Of a DNA stretch of 64,000 nt, positions 18,576 to 28,397 are shown piece by piece. Position numbers and translations under genes: made by a program. The stretch comes from an uncultured Pirellulaceae bacterium (GTDB lineage: Bacteria > Planctomycetota > Planctomycetia > Pirellulales > Pirellulaceae): NCBI GenBank assembly GCA_937929805.1, contig CALFUT010000003.1, forward strand, positions 730 through 64,729. Reading direction: 5' to 3'. A model generated the notes under the pieces. It was not told the origin of the DNA, made no database searches, and was given only the letters and a program-made list of their open reading frames with translations. Positions within the stretch are counted from its first letter, which is position 1, and every line of letters starts with the position of its first letter.

Positions 18576-19235
18576 CTGACTACTCCTTCATCCGATTCTG
18601 AAGTACCGAAAGTGGTCATTGGCCGCCTTAGTCTTTACCTGCGCGAATTACAGTTAGTGCTGGGAGCCAACAAAGATACGATCAGCTCCTCAACATTGGC
18701 CCGCCGACTGGGGCTGACTGCGTCCCAAGTGCGAAAGGATTTCGCCTACTTTGGCCAATTTGGCTATCCGGGTGTTGGATACCGCTGTGACGAGCTAATT
18801 CAAAAGATCAGGTCTATTCTGGGAACCGAGCGAGTCTGGCCTGTCGCCTTGATCGGCTGTGGCAACCTTGGGCAGGCTTTATTGGGCTACCGAGGATTTG
18901 GGAATCAGGGATTTTCGGTCGTTGCCGCCTTCGACAAACAACCCGGCTTGATTGGCAAAAACTTCGAAGGCCTTACCGTTCAACACATGGACGAACTGGG
19001 CGACACGGCCAAATCTCGGAATATCGAGCTTGCGATTTTGGCGGTGCCTGCGTCGGCGGCGACTGAGGCAGCACAGGAAATTGTCGCGGCGGGAATTTCC
19101 GGGATCATGAATTTTGCCCCGGTGACCCTGAAACTGCCCCCCTCGGTCAGCAAAGTCGGGGTCGACTTGGCGATTGAGCTAGAACAACTGGCTTTCAGTG
19201 TGCTTGCCAAGCAACGCACGAAAGACCGGTTATAA
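18576..19235 (+). CDS. rex: Redox-sensing transcriptional repressor Rex
   Basis: VPKVVIGRLSLYLR, QVRKDFAYFGQFGYPGVGY, GCGNLGQAL, IMNFAP. Start uncertain (CTG 18576 versus GTG 18612). Confidence 0.95.
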   Translation: MTTPSSDSEVPKVVIGRLSLYLRELQLVLGANKDTISSSTLARRLGLTASQVRKDFAYFGQFGYPGVGYRCDELIQKIRSILGTERVWPVALIGCGNLGQALLGYRGFGNQGFSVVAAFDKQPGLIGKNFEGLTVQHMDELGDTAKSRNIELAILAVPASAATEAAQEIVAAGISGIMNFAPVTLKLPPSVSKVGVDLAIELEQLAFSVLAKQRTKDRL

Positions 19236-19338
19236 CAGTGGAAAAAGCGGCCAAATCAATAGAATTCTTCCGGATGGGCAAATTCTGATTCTTTCGTACG
19301 CTAAAGTCGAAAGAGCTATTTTTCTCTTGCTAGGTATT

Positions 19339-19347
19339 TGTTAAAAT
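19339..19347 (+). promoter_or_regulatory. Extended -10 promoter (TGnTAAAAT) for tRNA-Gln
   Basis: TGTTAAAAT 15 nt upstream of the tRNA 5' end. Confidence 0.5.
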
Positions 19348-19361
19348 TCGCCCAACAATGA

Positions 19362-19432
19362 TGCCCGATGGTGTAATGGTAACACTACGGTTTTTGGTAC
19401 CGTCATTCATGGTTCGAATCCATGTCGGGTAA
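19362..19432 (+). tRNA. tRNA-Gln (anticodon TTG), CCA not encoded
   Basis: Acceptor stem TGCCCGA/TCGGGTA with U1-A72; anticodon stem ACGGT/ACCGT with loop TT-TTG-GT; T-loop GGTTCGAATCC. Confidence 0.95.
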
Positions 19433-19550
19433 TTGTTGTTTTCTTTGCCGCGAATTGACTTTCTTCGCGTTTTCTACCTCCGTCCGCTCGCATCGGTCGA
19501 GCGCAGGGTTTTTGGTCCCCACTGACGATTGCTGGCTCGGTGATTAACAT

Positions 19551-20177
19551 GTGGCCATGAGCAAACCACCAAGAAAAGATGAGCGAACTTCCGCCAAAAA
19601 GACGGCACAGCTAACCGGAATGCAGCGTTGGTTCTGTAAAGTGCTAGGTGAAAGCATCCCCATTCGCGTGCTGGAATACGGAGCTCATCTGGCGGTCGTC
19701 ATCTGGACGGCATTGCTGTTCGCGGCCATCGTCTACACGATTGGTTGGCTGTTCAAAATTCCTTTGACCTTGCTACTCATTGCCAGCGTGACTCTGTATG
19801 TCGCGCTGATCCGAAAGGGTCACGCGCTCGCTGCAGATCCTACGGAGGAATTAGAGTGGTACCAAGAACCTTTTTGGAACGGACTACTTTTCCTATCTCG
19901 GACGCTCAACTGGACGGGATACGATTCGAACCTGAAGGGGCGTGTCGTTATCGACCGCCGACAGGCTCCTGTCGACGACGCTCAGTTTGCCAAACTTCCT
20001 CAGTTGGCAGAGTGTGAGGTGCTTGATCTTGAGGGTTGCCCGATCACGGACAAATCCCTTAAAGCGATTTCGAAAATGAGCAAACTCAGCTGCTTAGTGA
20101 TTCGCGACACAGAGATCTCTGACAAGGGAATCGACGCCATCACGCGACGAATGCCGCAGGTATGGATCTGGTATTGA
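19551..20177 (+). CDS. Membrane protein with C-terminal leucine-rich repeats
   Basis: Two TM helices, then LRR-like LEVLDLEGCPITD-type and LSCLVIRDTEISDKG segments. Confidence 0.75.
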   Translation: MAMSKPPRKDERTSAKKTAQLTGMQRWFCKVLGESIPIRVLEYGAHLAVVIWTALLFAAIVYTIGWLFKIPLTLLLIASVTLYVALIRKGHALAADPTEELEWYQEPFWNGLLFLSRTLNWTGYDSNLKGRVVIDRRQAPVDDAQFAKLPQLAECEVLDLEGCPITDKSLKAISKMSKLSCLVIRDTEISDKGIDAITRRMPQVWIWY

Positions 20178-20240
20178 TCCCTTGCTTATGAAATCTTGTA
20201 TAGAACTCTTTCGATTCCCTTCACTCCGTTCTTGCCGTCT

Positions 20241-21083
20241 ATGTTTGGATCTAACCAATACGAGCTGTTGGATTTTGGAAGAGGCGAAAAGCTGGAGCGA
20301 TTTGGCGACGTCATCGTAAGGCGGCAGACGCCCTCGGTTCCCGATCTCGGAAATCGACTTTCGGAATCTTTTGGTCAAGCTGAACTCCGCTACCAGCGTT
20401 CCACGACGTCTGCCCCAGAGCGATGGACTGGGATTGCCGATCCGGAATGGAGTGTTTCTCATCGCGATGCGACCTTTAAATTGCGAACAACGCCAACGGG
20501 CCAAGTTGGCATCTTCCCTGAACAAGCATCCAACTGGGATTGGATTCGAGATTGCGACTTAGATCTGCGGGGCTTAAACGCAATCAACCTGTTCGGCTAC
20601 ACGGGAGGAACGACACTGGCTCTTGCTAAATCAGGTGCCGCAGTGACTCACGTCGATGCAGCCAAATCAGTCGTTTCTTGGGCCAGAGAAAACGCCGCTG
20701 CATCTCAATTGCAAAATCATTCAATTCGATGGATCACGGAAGACGCAAAGCGTTTTGTGGATCGCGAGGTCAAACGAGGAAACCGGTATGACATCTTCGT
20801 CGCGGACCCGCCATCCTTCGGACGAGGCCCGTCGGGTGAGACTTGGAAAATGGAAAAGGATTTCGGAAATCTGCTTTCGTCCGCTGCTTTGCTGACCGCC
20901 AAAGCCCCAAAAATGATTATCATCAGCTGCCACACACCGGGTTTCGACGCCAAACGCCTTTCGCACGATATTTCGCGTGCTTGGGGTATTCCCGAAACTC
21001 GAATTGAATCGGGGACGCTTGAGCTGGCGACTTCGTGCGGGCGGAAATTGCCAAGTGGTCAGTTTGCCCGCTGGCGCACATGA
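20241..21083 (+). CDS. Class I SAM-dependent RNA methyltransferase (RlmI/RlmK-like)
   Basis: YELLDFG.GEKLERFG, GIFPEQ, NLFGYTGG, HVDAAK, DPPSFGRG. Confidence 0.88.
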   Translation: MFGSNQYELLDFGRGEKLERFGDVIVRRQTPSVPDLGNRLSESFGQAELRYQRSTTSAPERWTGIADPEWSVSHRDATFKLRTTPTGQVGIFPEQASNWDWIRDCDLDLRGLNAINLFGYTGGTTLALAKSGAAVTHVDAAKSVVSWARENAAASQLQNHSIRWITEDAKRFVDREVKRGNRYDIFVADPPSFGRGPSGETWKMEKDFGNLLSSAALLTAKAPKMIIISCHTPGFDAKRLSHDISRAWGIPETRIESGTLELATSCGRKLPSGQFARWRT

Positions 21084-21105
21084 ATCATGCATTGGGAGTG
21101 GTCTG

Positions 21106-21888
21106 TTGGAAGTAATTTCCAGCTTGCAAAACAAGAGAGTTCGGGACGCCGTCCGCCTGCACACCAGTCGCGGCCGCAAACAGCAAGACCGAATCATCAT
21201 CTTTGGACTCAGAGAAGTCCAACGCGCTATTTCGGCGAAGGTTGAGATCACCACGTTGTTCTTGAATGCGGATTACCGACTGCCGGCTAGTTCTGGCTTC
21301 GATACTTCGGAACAAATCACCGTCACGGAGCCCGTTTTTGAGAAACTGGCATATGGGAACCGAGTAGACGGTGTCATTGCCGTAGCGAAACGGCCAGAGC
21401 GAAGCCTTGATCAGTTTCAAGCAAACGATGGCATGATTCTGGTCGTGGAATCCATCGAGAAACCCGGGAACCTTGGCGCCATCATTCGCAGTGCGGATGC
21501 AACCGGTGTAGGCGGCATCATCGTTTCCGATCCGGTCTGCGATGTGTTCCATCCAAATGTAATACGCAATAGCACCGGCACGGTATTTTCCATGCCTGTC
21601 GCAGTCGCCGACAATTTACAGACGATCTCTTGGCTACAGAAACACGATCACGAAATCGCAATCGCCACTCCCGAGCAAGCGGACGATTTATACAACGTCA
21701 ACTTCGACTCGAAAACGGCCATCGTCCTGGGCAGCGAGGCACACGGGCTGTCCGCCACTTGGATGCAGGGTGATTTCAAACGTGTCCGGCTTCCCATGAA
21801 CGGGGTTGCCGACAGCCTGAATGTTTCAGTGACTGCTGCCGTCATCATGTACGAAGCGATGCGTCAAAACCGAGACTCAACCGAATAG
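21106..21888 (+). CDS. TrmH/SpoU family RNA 2'-O-methyltransferase
   Basis: EKPGNLGAIIRSADA, LGSEAHGL, SLNVSVTAAV SPOUT motifs; TTG start after GGAG. Confidence 0.92.
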   Translation: MEVISSLQNKRVRDAVRLHTSRGRKQQDRIIIFGLREVQRAISAKVEITTLFLNADYRLPASSGFDTSEQITVTEPVFEKLAYGNRVDGVIAVAKRPERSLDQFQANDGMILVVESIEKPGNLGAIIRSADATGVGGIIVSDPVCDVFHPNVIRNSTGTVFSMPVAVADNLQTISWLQKHDHEIAIATPEQADDLYNVNFDSKTAIVLGSEAHGLSATWMQGDFKRVRLPMNGVADSLNVSVTAAVIMYEAMRQNRDSTE

Positions 21889-21958
21889 GCTTCCAACGAA
21901 GGCCCGGTTATTTCGATGGGGAACAGGAAACTGTGCCAGCCGATACAGCACGCCTGCC

Positions 21959-22705
21959 TCAAGAGCTAACGGCCGTTTTGTTCGTTACCGATGTGCCCGC
22001 AGGTGATGGCTTAGTCAACCAATTCACAATGCCAAACACACTCAACCAGAAAATGGCGAAGCCAACCAGCATCAGCCAGTTCATTTGCCGCAACGAGTCA
22101 GTCTTCTTCGCGATCGAGATACTTGGCATCAAACCCGATCCAGAAACGTTTAGCTTGATCTTCTCCGTGCTATCGGCGCTGAAACGTTCCATGAAGTCGT
22201 AGTGCAGCTTGACGGCCAATTGCATATCAGCAACATCAGGATCGAACGACGGAGTTGAAAGCAAAAGCTGCTTGTTACCAATTTTCACGTCCGTTGCAAA
22301 ACCGTCGATGCCACTAGGATTCTCAATTTGAAGCTGCAATGCACTGATGTCGATCGACGATCCTTCGACCGAGCTTCCCGCCTTTTCAGGATCGACGTCT
22401 AAACGGAGCGTCAGTTCATCCATCGAGTCAACGCCCTGCGCTTTGAAGAATGACCAAAGCTGACCTGCTGTTACCTCTCCGCCTGCGCCGCTGGTTAATA
22501 CCTCGATTGCCTGAGGAGTCAAAGTCCCATCGCAGGCTGAACACAAGACATCGTCAGCTAGAAAGACAGTCGCATCAGGATCACTGCCAACAATCACTTG
22601 GTCCCCCGAAGCCGGTGCACAGACAACCGTCGCGACCAGAAACACGCCCAACGTGATCGATCGAAGAAAGTTGACTTTGGCAGAGCTCGAATATCTGAGG
22701 GTCAT
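21959..22705 (-). CDS. Secreted hypothetical protein with C-terminal TM anchor
   Basis: Signal-like ITLGVFLVATVVCAPASG, acidic body with CSAC, C-terminal WLMLVGFAIFWLSVFGIVNWL helix. Confidence 0.7.
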   Translation of the reverse strand: MTLRYSSSAKVNFLRSITLGVFLVATVVCAPASGDQVIVGSDPDATVFLADDVLCSACDGTLTPQAIEVLTSGAGGEVTAGQLWSFFKAQGVDSMDELTLRLDVDPEKAGSSVEGSSIDISALQLQIENPSGIDGFATDVKIGNKQLLLSTPSFDPDVADMQLAVKLHYDFMERFSADSTEKIKLNVSGSGLMPSISIAKKTDSLRQMNWLMLVGFAIFWLSVFGIVNWLTKPSPAGTSVTNKTAVSS

Positions 22706-23208
22706 AATTTTATTGCCGGTACAACGAGTGTGCTCGACAGCATCAATAGGACTAACTTCCCAAAACACATACAGACGACACAACTGCTGTGGAATCGGCA
22801 CGATTTGGTTACGGCGCAAGGAAGTGTACGCGATAGTCGGATTGTAGTGAGGATACACGGTTGACGCAAACGAATAGCGAAAATTTAACGTCAATCACGC
22901 AGACATTCCTCACCCAAATCGCGGTATTTCTCGCCGGCCGCGGTCCAGCTGTCACTTTCATTAAAGGCATCGACACTCACCCCGCCAGCCTTCGCCTCTC
23001 AGACGCCCAAGCAAAAATCCGAACCTGCAAATCACCTTACAGACAGAACGACTGTGGGCATCCTGTTGACTAAAATCCCAACGCACGGTGACTTGGGTTC
23101 AAACATTGGTTTGAGCCGGTTACACTGCCTTACCCCCTTTCAGATTCAATTCGACCCACCACACGAATTCACTTCGACTGAATTCTTCGCCAGCACAGGA
23201 GCGCTGAC

Positions 23209-24438
23209 TTGAACAACGTTATGGCGGTCATACTTGCAGGAGGCAAAGGTTCGCGACTGGAGCCTCTCACACGGGACCGCGCGAAGCCAGCGGTGCCGTT
23301 TGCAGGCGGCTATCGAATCATCGATTTTGCCCTGTCCAACTGCGTCAACAGCGGTCTTCGTAAGCTGCTGGTTTTGACCCAATACAAGGCGATGAGCCTA
23401 GATCGTCACATCAACGACGGTTGGCGAAAATACTTCTGTAATGAACTCCGCGAGTTCATCGACATCGTTCCGCCTCAGCAACGAATTGATGAGCACTGGT
23501 ATCAAGGAACCGCCGACGCGGTCTACCAGAACATTTACGCCATTGAGCAGGAACGCCCCCAGTACACACTGATCCTCGCTGGTGATCATATCTACCAGAT
23601 GAACTATCGAAAAATGATCGATTTTCATCGCGAACAAAACGCTGACCTGACCGTTGCAGCGTTGCCGGTTACGCTCGAGGAAGCAACTGGTTTCGGCGTC
23701 ATGCAAGTCGACGATCAGCAACGCATCATTGGCTTTGAAGAAAAACCGGATCAACCAAAGACGATGCCCGGTGACGACAGCCGGTGTTTGGCAAGCATGG
23801 GCATCTACGTCTTCACCACCCGATTCTTGTTTGAGCAACTGCTCAGCGATGCTACCGCCCGCGAGAGCCATCACGATTTCGGCAAGGATATCATTCCGCG
23901 CATCATCGATTCCGCCAGAGTGCTTGCTTACCCGTTTGTTGACGAAACGAGCAAGGCAACCGCTTACTGGCGCGATGTCGGCACGTTAGACGCTTACTAC
24001 GAAGCCAACATGGATTTGATTCGCGTCGAACCGAGCTTAAACCTGTATGACTCAGACTGGCCTATCCGAACCGTTCAAAGCAACCTGCCGCCGCCCAAGT
24101 TCGTATTTCGATCCGAGGACGGCATTGATCGCGTTGGCATGGCGACAGACAGCATCGTCTGCCCGGGCAGCATTGTCTCTGGTGGACAGGTGGACCGCTG
24201 CGTGTTGGGCCCGGGCGTCCGCGTCAACAGCTACGCGCAAGTTTCCGATTCCATTTTGATGGGGAACGTCAACGTAGGTAGACACGCCAAAATTCAACGC
24301 ACAATCATTGACAAGCACGTCAACATACCGGAAGGCGCTGAAATCGGGTTTGATCACGAAGCCGACCGATCGCAAGGATTCACAGTGACCCCATCCGGGA
24401 TCACGGTGATCGGGAAATCAGCAACTGTCCGCTCATGA
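23209..24438 (+). CDS. glgC: Glucose-1-phosphate adenylyltransferase
   Basis: LAGGKGSRLEPLTRDRAKPAVPFAG, WYQGTADAV, ASMGIYVF, DFGKDIIP, YWRDVGTLDAY. Confidence 0.97.
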   Translation: MNNVMAVILAGGKGSRLEPLTRDRAKPAVPFAGGYRIIDFALSNCVNSGLRKLLVLTQYKAMSLDRHINDGWRKYFCNELREFIDIVPPQQRIDEHWYQGTADAVYQNIYAIEQERPQYTLILAGDHIYQMNYRKMIDFHREQNADLTVAALPVTLEEATGFGVMQVDDQQRIIGFEEKPDQPKTMPGDDSRCLASMGIYVFTTRFLFEQLLSDATARESHHDFGKDIIPRIIDSARVLAYPFVDETSKATAYWRDVGTLDAYYEANMDLIRVEPSLNLYDSDWPIRTVQSNLPPPKFVFRSEDGIDRVGMATDSIVCPGSIVSGGQVDRCVLGPGVRVNSYAQVSDSILMGNVNVGRHAKIQRTIIDKHVNIPEGAEIGFDHEADRSQGFTVTPSGITVIGKSATVRS

Positions 24439-24460
24439 ACGCAGCGGTTCGGTCAAGCCG

Positions 24461-24934
24461 TTAGAGTGACTCACGCTTGAGCGTGCACGAACCTCGAAAA
24501 GTCGGATCGTCAATGAAGAACGTTCCCAACTGGAAATTTTCTTGAAAGGGAACTTGAATCTCCACCGTCACGAATTCGGCGTCGTCCTCTGATACTCTAT
24601 TTTGAACATCGATCACAAAGTCGCTTACGCCCACGCTAGTCATAACGAACTGTGTGGCTTCGCGAATCTCGTCTTCAGTGGCACCAGGAATAATCCCGAC
24701 TCTTGCACCTTCATACGCAGCACTTTCAGCTGCGTGCTTCATTAGGTTAGCGCGAGCCATTTCGTAGCATCCGAAGAGCAATGCGAACAGCACAGGGACG
24801 CAGACCGCGAACTCAACTGCAACGGCACCATAGGATCGCTTCGATCTGAGGCGATGCTGTAAACTCGACTGAGGTTTTTTGAAGTGTTTCATTTTAATTC
24901 TGGGAACTTCGACTGACATTTGATCGTGTAACAT
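24461..24934 (-). CDS. TadE-like pseudopilin
   Basis: G|AVAVEFAVCVPVLFALLFG prepilin-type N-terminus and AAYEGAR motif. Confidence 0.88.
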   Translation of the reverse strand: MLHDQMSVEVPRIKMKHFKKPQSSLQHRLRSKRSYGAVAVEFAVCVPVLFALLFGCYEMARANLMKHAAESAAYEGARVGIIPGATEDEIREATQFVMTSVGVSDFVIDVQNRVSEDDAEFVTVEIQVPFQENFQLGTFFIDDPTFRGSCTLKRESL

Positions 24935-24954
24935 AAAAACTTGCCAACGGGTTG

Positions 24955-26016
24955 CTACTCGATCAGAAGCACCTGCAATTGGCGGGCGATTTCGCGGAAC
25001 GCATCTACCAGTTGACTGTCGTTTTCGGCATGCAAGTGAATCCCATTGGCGATGGTCGCAACTTGCTCCATCAAATCTTGATTCGCACCATCGCTGAACG
25101 TGATCGTGTGAACCGTCACGTTTTGCCTAGCCGCTTGGCGGGCAATCACCTCAGGTCCCACGCCACGGTTTTGGCGACCATCGGTCATCACGATAATTGA
25201 TTTCAATGCGAATGGGCGGGCTTCAGGATCCCTGAGAATCGATCTCAAACCGGTCCTAAGTCCATCACCAATCGCGGTAAATCCATTCGGAGTCTCTTCC
25301 GCAAACGCGTCACGGATCTGTTGCAGATCGTTGGTCAGATCTTGCGATTTCCGCGCCTTGGTGCTGTACACAGACAGAGAAACCATTTCGTTTTGACTTG
25401 TCGCGTCAAGTTCTCGCAGGAATACATCCAAGCCATTTTTCAAGGCATCAAAGCGACCAGAGATATTCATCGATCCAGAGACGTCAAGAACAAGGGCGAT
25501 ATCACGATCCGTTCTGGTTGCCGTTGCGACCTGAGTCGGCTCAAAATTGTCGACACCAAATAGCGGAGCGAAAAATAGTCCGACCGATCCGTCTGGCGAA
25601 TCTGCGGTCCTTGCTCCTATCACGCGCGCCGAGTTGATAAACGGTGCATCTGGATCGAAGCTAAACGATCCGTCATCCTGTGCGACGGCACCACCAAAAA
25701 CGATATCAGACGGAACAAGATCAAGACCGTTACCGGCGACGATGTTTCGTTGAGCAATCGCGAGCGCCGCATCGGTTGCGGCCTCAACGCTCTGCTCACG
25801 GCCCAAGGCTTCAACGGCAGCTTTCGCAGCTGCGTCGGTTGCTGTGCGTAGCTCACTTCGCGTCACATGAATTCGCGCCACATCGATCGCAAAGGCGGCT
25901 GCAATGAAAAGAATCACGAACACAACTCCGATCAAAACCAGCATCGCGCCGCGACGATCGTTGCGTGAGTGTGAAGTGCGTGCCCGCACGGCATCTATTT
26001 GAAATCTGGTATTCAC
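24955..26016 (-). CDS. TadG-like pseudopilin with VWA domain
   Basis: RRG|AMLVL, AIDVARI, ELRTATDAAA; VWA MIDAS DVSGS...T...MTDG intact. Confidence 0.9.
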   Translation of the reverse strand: MNTRFQIDAVRARTSHSRNDRRGAMLVLIGVVFVILFIAAAFAIDVARIHVTRSELRTATDAAAKAAVEALGREQSVEAATDAALAIAQRNIVAGNGLDLVPSDIVFGGAVAQDDGSFSFDPDAPFINSARVIGARTADSPDGSVGLFFAPLFGVDNFEPTQVATATRTDRDIALVLDVSGSMNISGRFDALKNGLDVFLRELDATSQNEMVSLSVYSTKARKSQDLTNDLQQIRDAFAEETPNGFTAIGDGLRTGLRSILRDPEARPFALKSIIVMTDGRQNRGVGPEVIARQAARQNVTVHTITFSDGANQDLMEQVATIANGIHLHAENDSQLVDAFREIARQLQVLLIE

Positions 26017-26078
26017 GATAGGTCCTCTTTGTGAAGAGTTTGAGAAAAGCGAAAAGGAGGGTATAAAAGGAGGGGGTA

Positions 26079-26501
26079 CTACTCTTTAACCATGACGGCA
26101 TTCGCGCTGACGATCTGCCCGGTGAACATGGCGAATGGAAACAGCGTGTTTTCATCCGACGGTGCCGAAACGATCACATCGACCACGGTCCCCGCATCAA
26201 GAGTCTCAACATTGCTAGGCTGAATATCGATGGTCACGCCGGTCAAATTACGGCCGTCAAGCACGGCTTGGGCGGCTTCGCGAACCTTTTCATCGGTGCT
26301 TTCATCACGAATGGCAACTTTGACTCCTTCGTATGCCGCCTGAATCGTTGCCTGTCTCAGGAACAACATGCTGGCAGCCTGAATGGAACCGAATACGACC
26401 AGCAACACGACGGGCAGGCAAACTGCGAACTCGACAGCTGCTGCTCCGCGACGCGACTTGGCACGAGCCATTCGATTGGTGAGACGACATTTCATGGTCA
26501 A
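26079..26501 (-). CDS. TadE-like pseudopilin
   Basis: RRG|AAAVEFAVCLPVVLLVVFG and AAYEG motif. Confidence 0.9.
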   Translation of the reverse strand: MTMKCRLTNRMARAKSRRGAAAVEFAVCLPVVLLVVFGSIQAASMLFLRQATIQAAYEGVKVAIRDESTDEKVREAAQAVLDGRNLTGVTIDIQPSNVETLDAGTVVDVIVSAPSDENTLFPFAMFTGQIVSANAVMVKE

Positions 26502-26545
26502 ATTTCCGTTTCCTTAATCACTAAACTATTCACGCTAAACACTCG

Positions 26546-27034
26546 TTATGAGCGTGACGTGATACCTGCGGTGCTCAGTGCCGCCTTCAGGCGATCAATT
26601 TCAGCATCCCGGCTTTCAATGTCTTCGCGTTGTTTCTCGACAAGAGTTGCCACTTCATTGAATTCACCAGCCATTTCTGCCCAGTAATCATTTTCACGAA
26701 ACTGGCAACGATCTGTGTCTCCACTACCTAACTGTCGAAGGTGTCTTCTAAGCCGAGCGATAGGGCCAACAAAGCGGTTACTGAATCGGATGGTGTCTAG
26801 CATGAATGCTGGGAACAGAGCCAATAGGATGACCCCCATGAAAATGAATTCTCCCATTTCATTCTTCAGTCGGGACGCCAGCGAGTAAGCCGGATCGCCC
26901 AGCATCGCTTGGAGCATTACGACTGACATGGTGACGACAACGAAGAAGATCAACCAATGAATGAAGATTCTTCGCAGCAATGCACCTTGAACGTGCTTGT
27001 CGACAAAATTCTGTTTGCGTTGAACTCGCGCCAT
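26546..27034 (-). CDS. Two-TM membrane protein with HAMP-like cytoplasmic segment
   Basis: Two TM helices followed by RFVGPIARLRRHLRQL...FRENDYWAEMAGEFN and a coiled-coil tail. Confidence 0.7.
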   Translation of the reverse strand: MARVQRKQNFVDKHVQGALLRRIFIHWLIFFVVVTMSVVMLQAMLGDPAYSLASRLKNEMGEFIFMGVILLALFPAFMLDTIRFSNRFVGPIARLRRHLRQLGSGDTDRCQFRENDYWAEMAGEFNEVATLVEKQREDIESRDAEIDRLKAALSTAGITSRS

Positions 27035-27549
27035 TTTAAAAACCTTTTACAACTGTGTCCTTGATTCAAATGCAGGCAGGTTTCGACAAAATGCCAGAAA
27101 CTACCGTGATACCTGAAGAAAATTTAGGTTACGAAATCGAACACGTGGTTGCTTGATTGCCACAGAACAGCAAATGGCTTGCCACAACAAAATTCAACCC
27201 ACGCGATCTGCACGACCGGTATGTTCCGTCATTCAACCCAATCAAACAGCCGACACATTCGTGCCGTTCCGAACAAACGTCATGGGCGATACGATTCAGA
27301 TGAGGTGAAAACGAATCGAAATTCCGAATTCTGATGAAAAACCGAAACAGCTTCATTGCCGAGACAGCTGGACCACGCCGAATTTCGCGGTTTCGGTTAT
27401 GCACAAGAAAACGCTTGAGACTTGCCTTCGATCACGTCTCAACGTGATTCACTTGAAAGCCGATATGAAACGAGAATCGGTCGTTCTCGGCGCGTGTTAT
27501 TTCGCTCCGATGTTTTCGCACTCTCAGCATCTATCAACGTGAATCGAAC

Positions 27550-28053
27550 ATGAGCTTGAAATTCGGAATCTACTTGGTCGAGCAACGCGTCATTAGCCCA
27601 GAGCAGTTCTGTGGACTGGTCAAGATTCAACAGGAATCCATGATGACGCTGGCGTCGATTGCCGTAAGAAAAAATGCGTTATCGATTCGGCAAGTGTCAA
27701 CCATCTTGGATCTTCACAGCGAGAATCCCGAAAAGCTGTTCGGCGATATCGCGCTTGAGTTGAACTTAATTGATCGGGCACAATTGAACCAATTGCTTCA
27801 CGCCCAACAAGCGACGTGCCCATCCATCAGACAGCTTCTGATTGAGTGTGGTCTTCTGACCGCACGACAGGCTCGAGTTCTGTTCATGCACTTCGAGAAA
27901 AACGTGGCCAAAATGGCCAGCGAAGCCGCCCGGACTCGTCCCGCTGATGCCACCGGAACACCAACCCCGTCATCCAACTCGGAAACACTTGCTCCGCGAC
28001 AGCCCAAATTCAACTCCCGGCCTGCGGCCACGTCCCCGCTACAGAATTCGTAG
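27550..28053 (+). CDS. Hypothetical protein with four degenerate MshEN-like helical repeats
   Basis: Repeats at a 29-30 aa period (KFGIYLVEQRVIS..Q; LFGDIALELNLID..QL..LL..QQ; IRQLLIECGLLT..Q). Confidence 0.6.
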   Translation: MSLKFGIYLVEQRVISPEQFCGLVKIQQESMMTLASIAVRKNALSIRQVSTILDLHSENPEKLFGDIALELNLIDRAQLNQLLHAQQATCPSIRQLLIECGLLTARQARVLFMHFEKNVAKMASEAARTRPADATGTPTPSSNSETLAPRQPKFNSRPAATSPLQNS

Positions 28054-28119
28054 CGAGACGAGGCCCGTTCATCAGGCCAGATATTCTTCCGGCATAATCT
28101 CGGAAGCAATGTCGCCACG

Positions 28120-28153
28120 AAAAAAGCCGACTGAAATCAGTCGGCTTTTTTTT
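28120..28153. terminator. Bidirectional intrinsic terminator
   Basis: AAAAAA-GCCGACTG-AAAT-CAGTCGGC-TTTTTTT between convergent genes. Confidence 0.9.
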
Positions 28154-28199
28154 GTTTTGTTTCGGCATCAATGCCGCAGGTTTTCAGCACTTAACGGCT

Positions 28200-28397
28200 T
28201 TACCGGTTGGCCAGCATACGATTTCGCTTGGCTCGGCGTTCAGCTCGCAAACGAGCGCGGCGATTGGTTTCGCTCGGCTTCTCGTAAAACTCGCGGCGAC
28301 GCATCTCTTTCTTGATTCCACTTCGCTCAACCAGCTTACGGAATCGGCGAACGGCTTCTTGAATCGATTCTTTTTCTCTTACCAGCAGCTTTACCAT
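28200..28397 (-). CDS. rpsU: 30S ribosomal protein S21
   Basis: [12 protein letters not shown]...[17 protein letters not shown]; GGAG SD. Confidence 0.96.
   Translation of the reverse strand: MVKLLVREKESIQEAVRRFRKLVERSGIKKEMRRREFYEKPSETNRRARLRAERRAKRNRMLANR

Noticed and set aside
27035-27549. Hidden Flp major pilin next to the Tad cassette
   Set aside because: I found no short ORF with a G|xxxxEY motif and hydrophobic helix.
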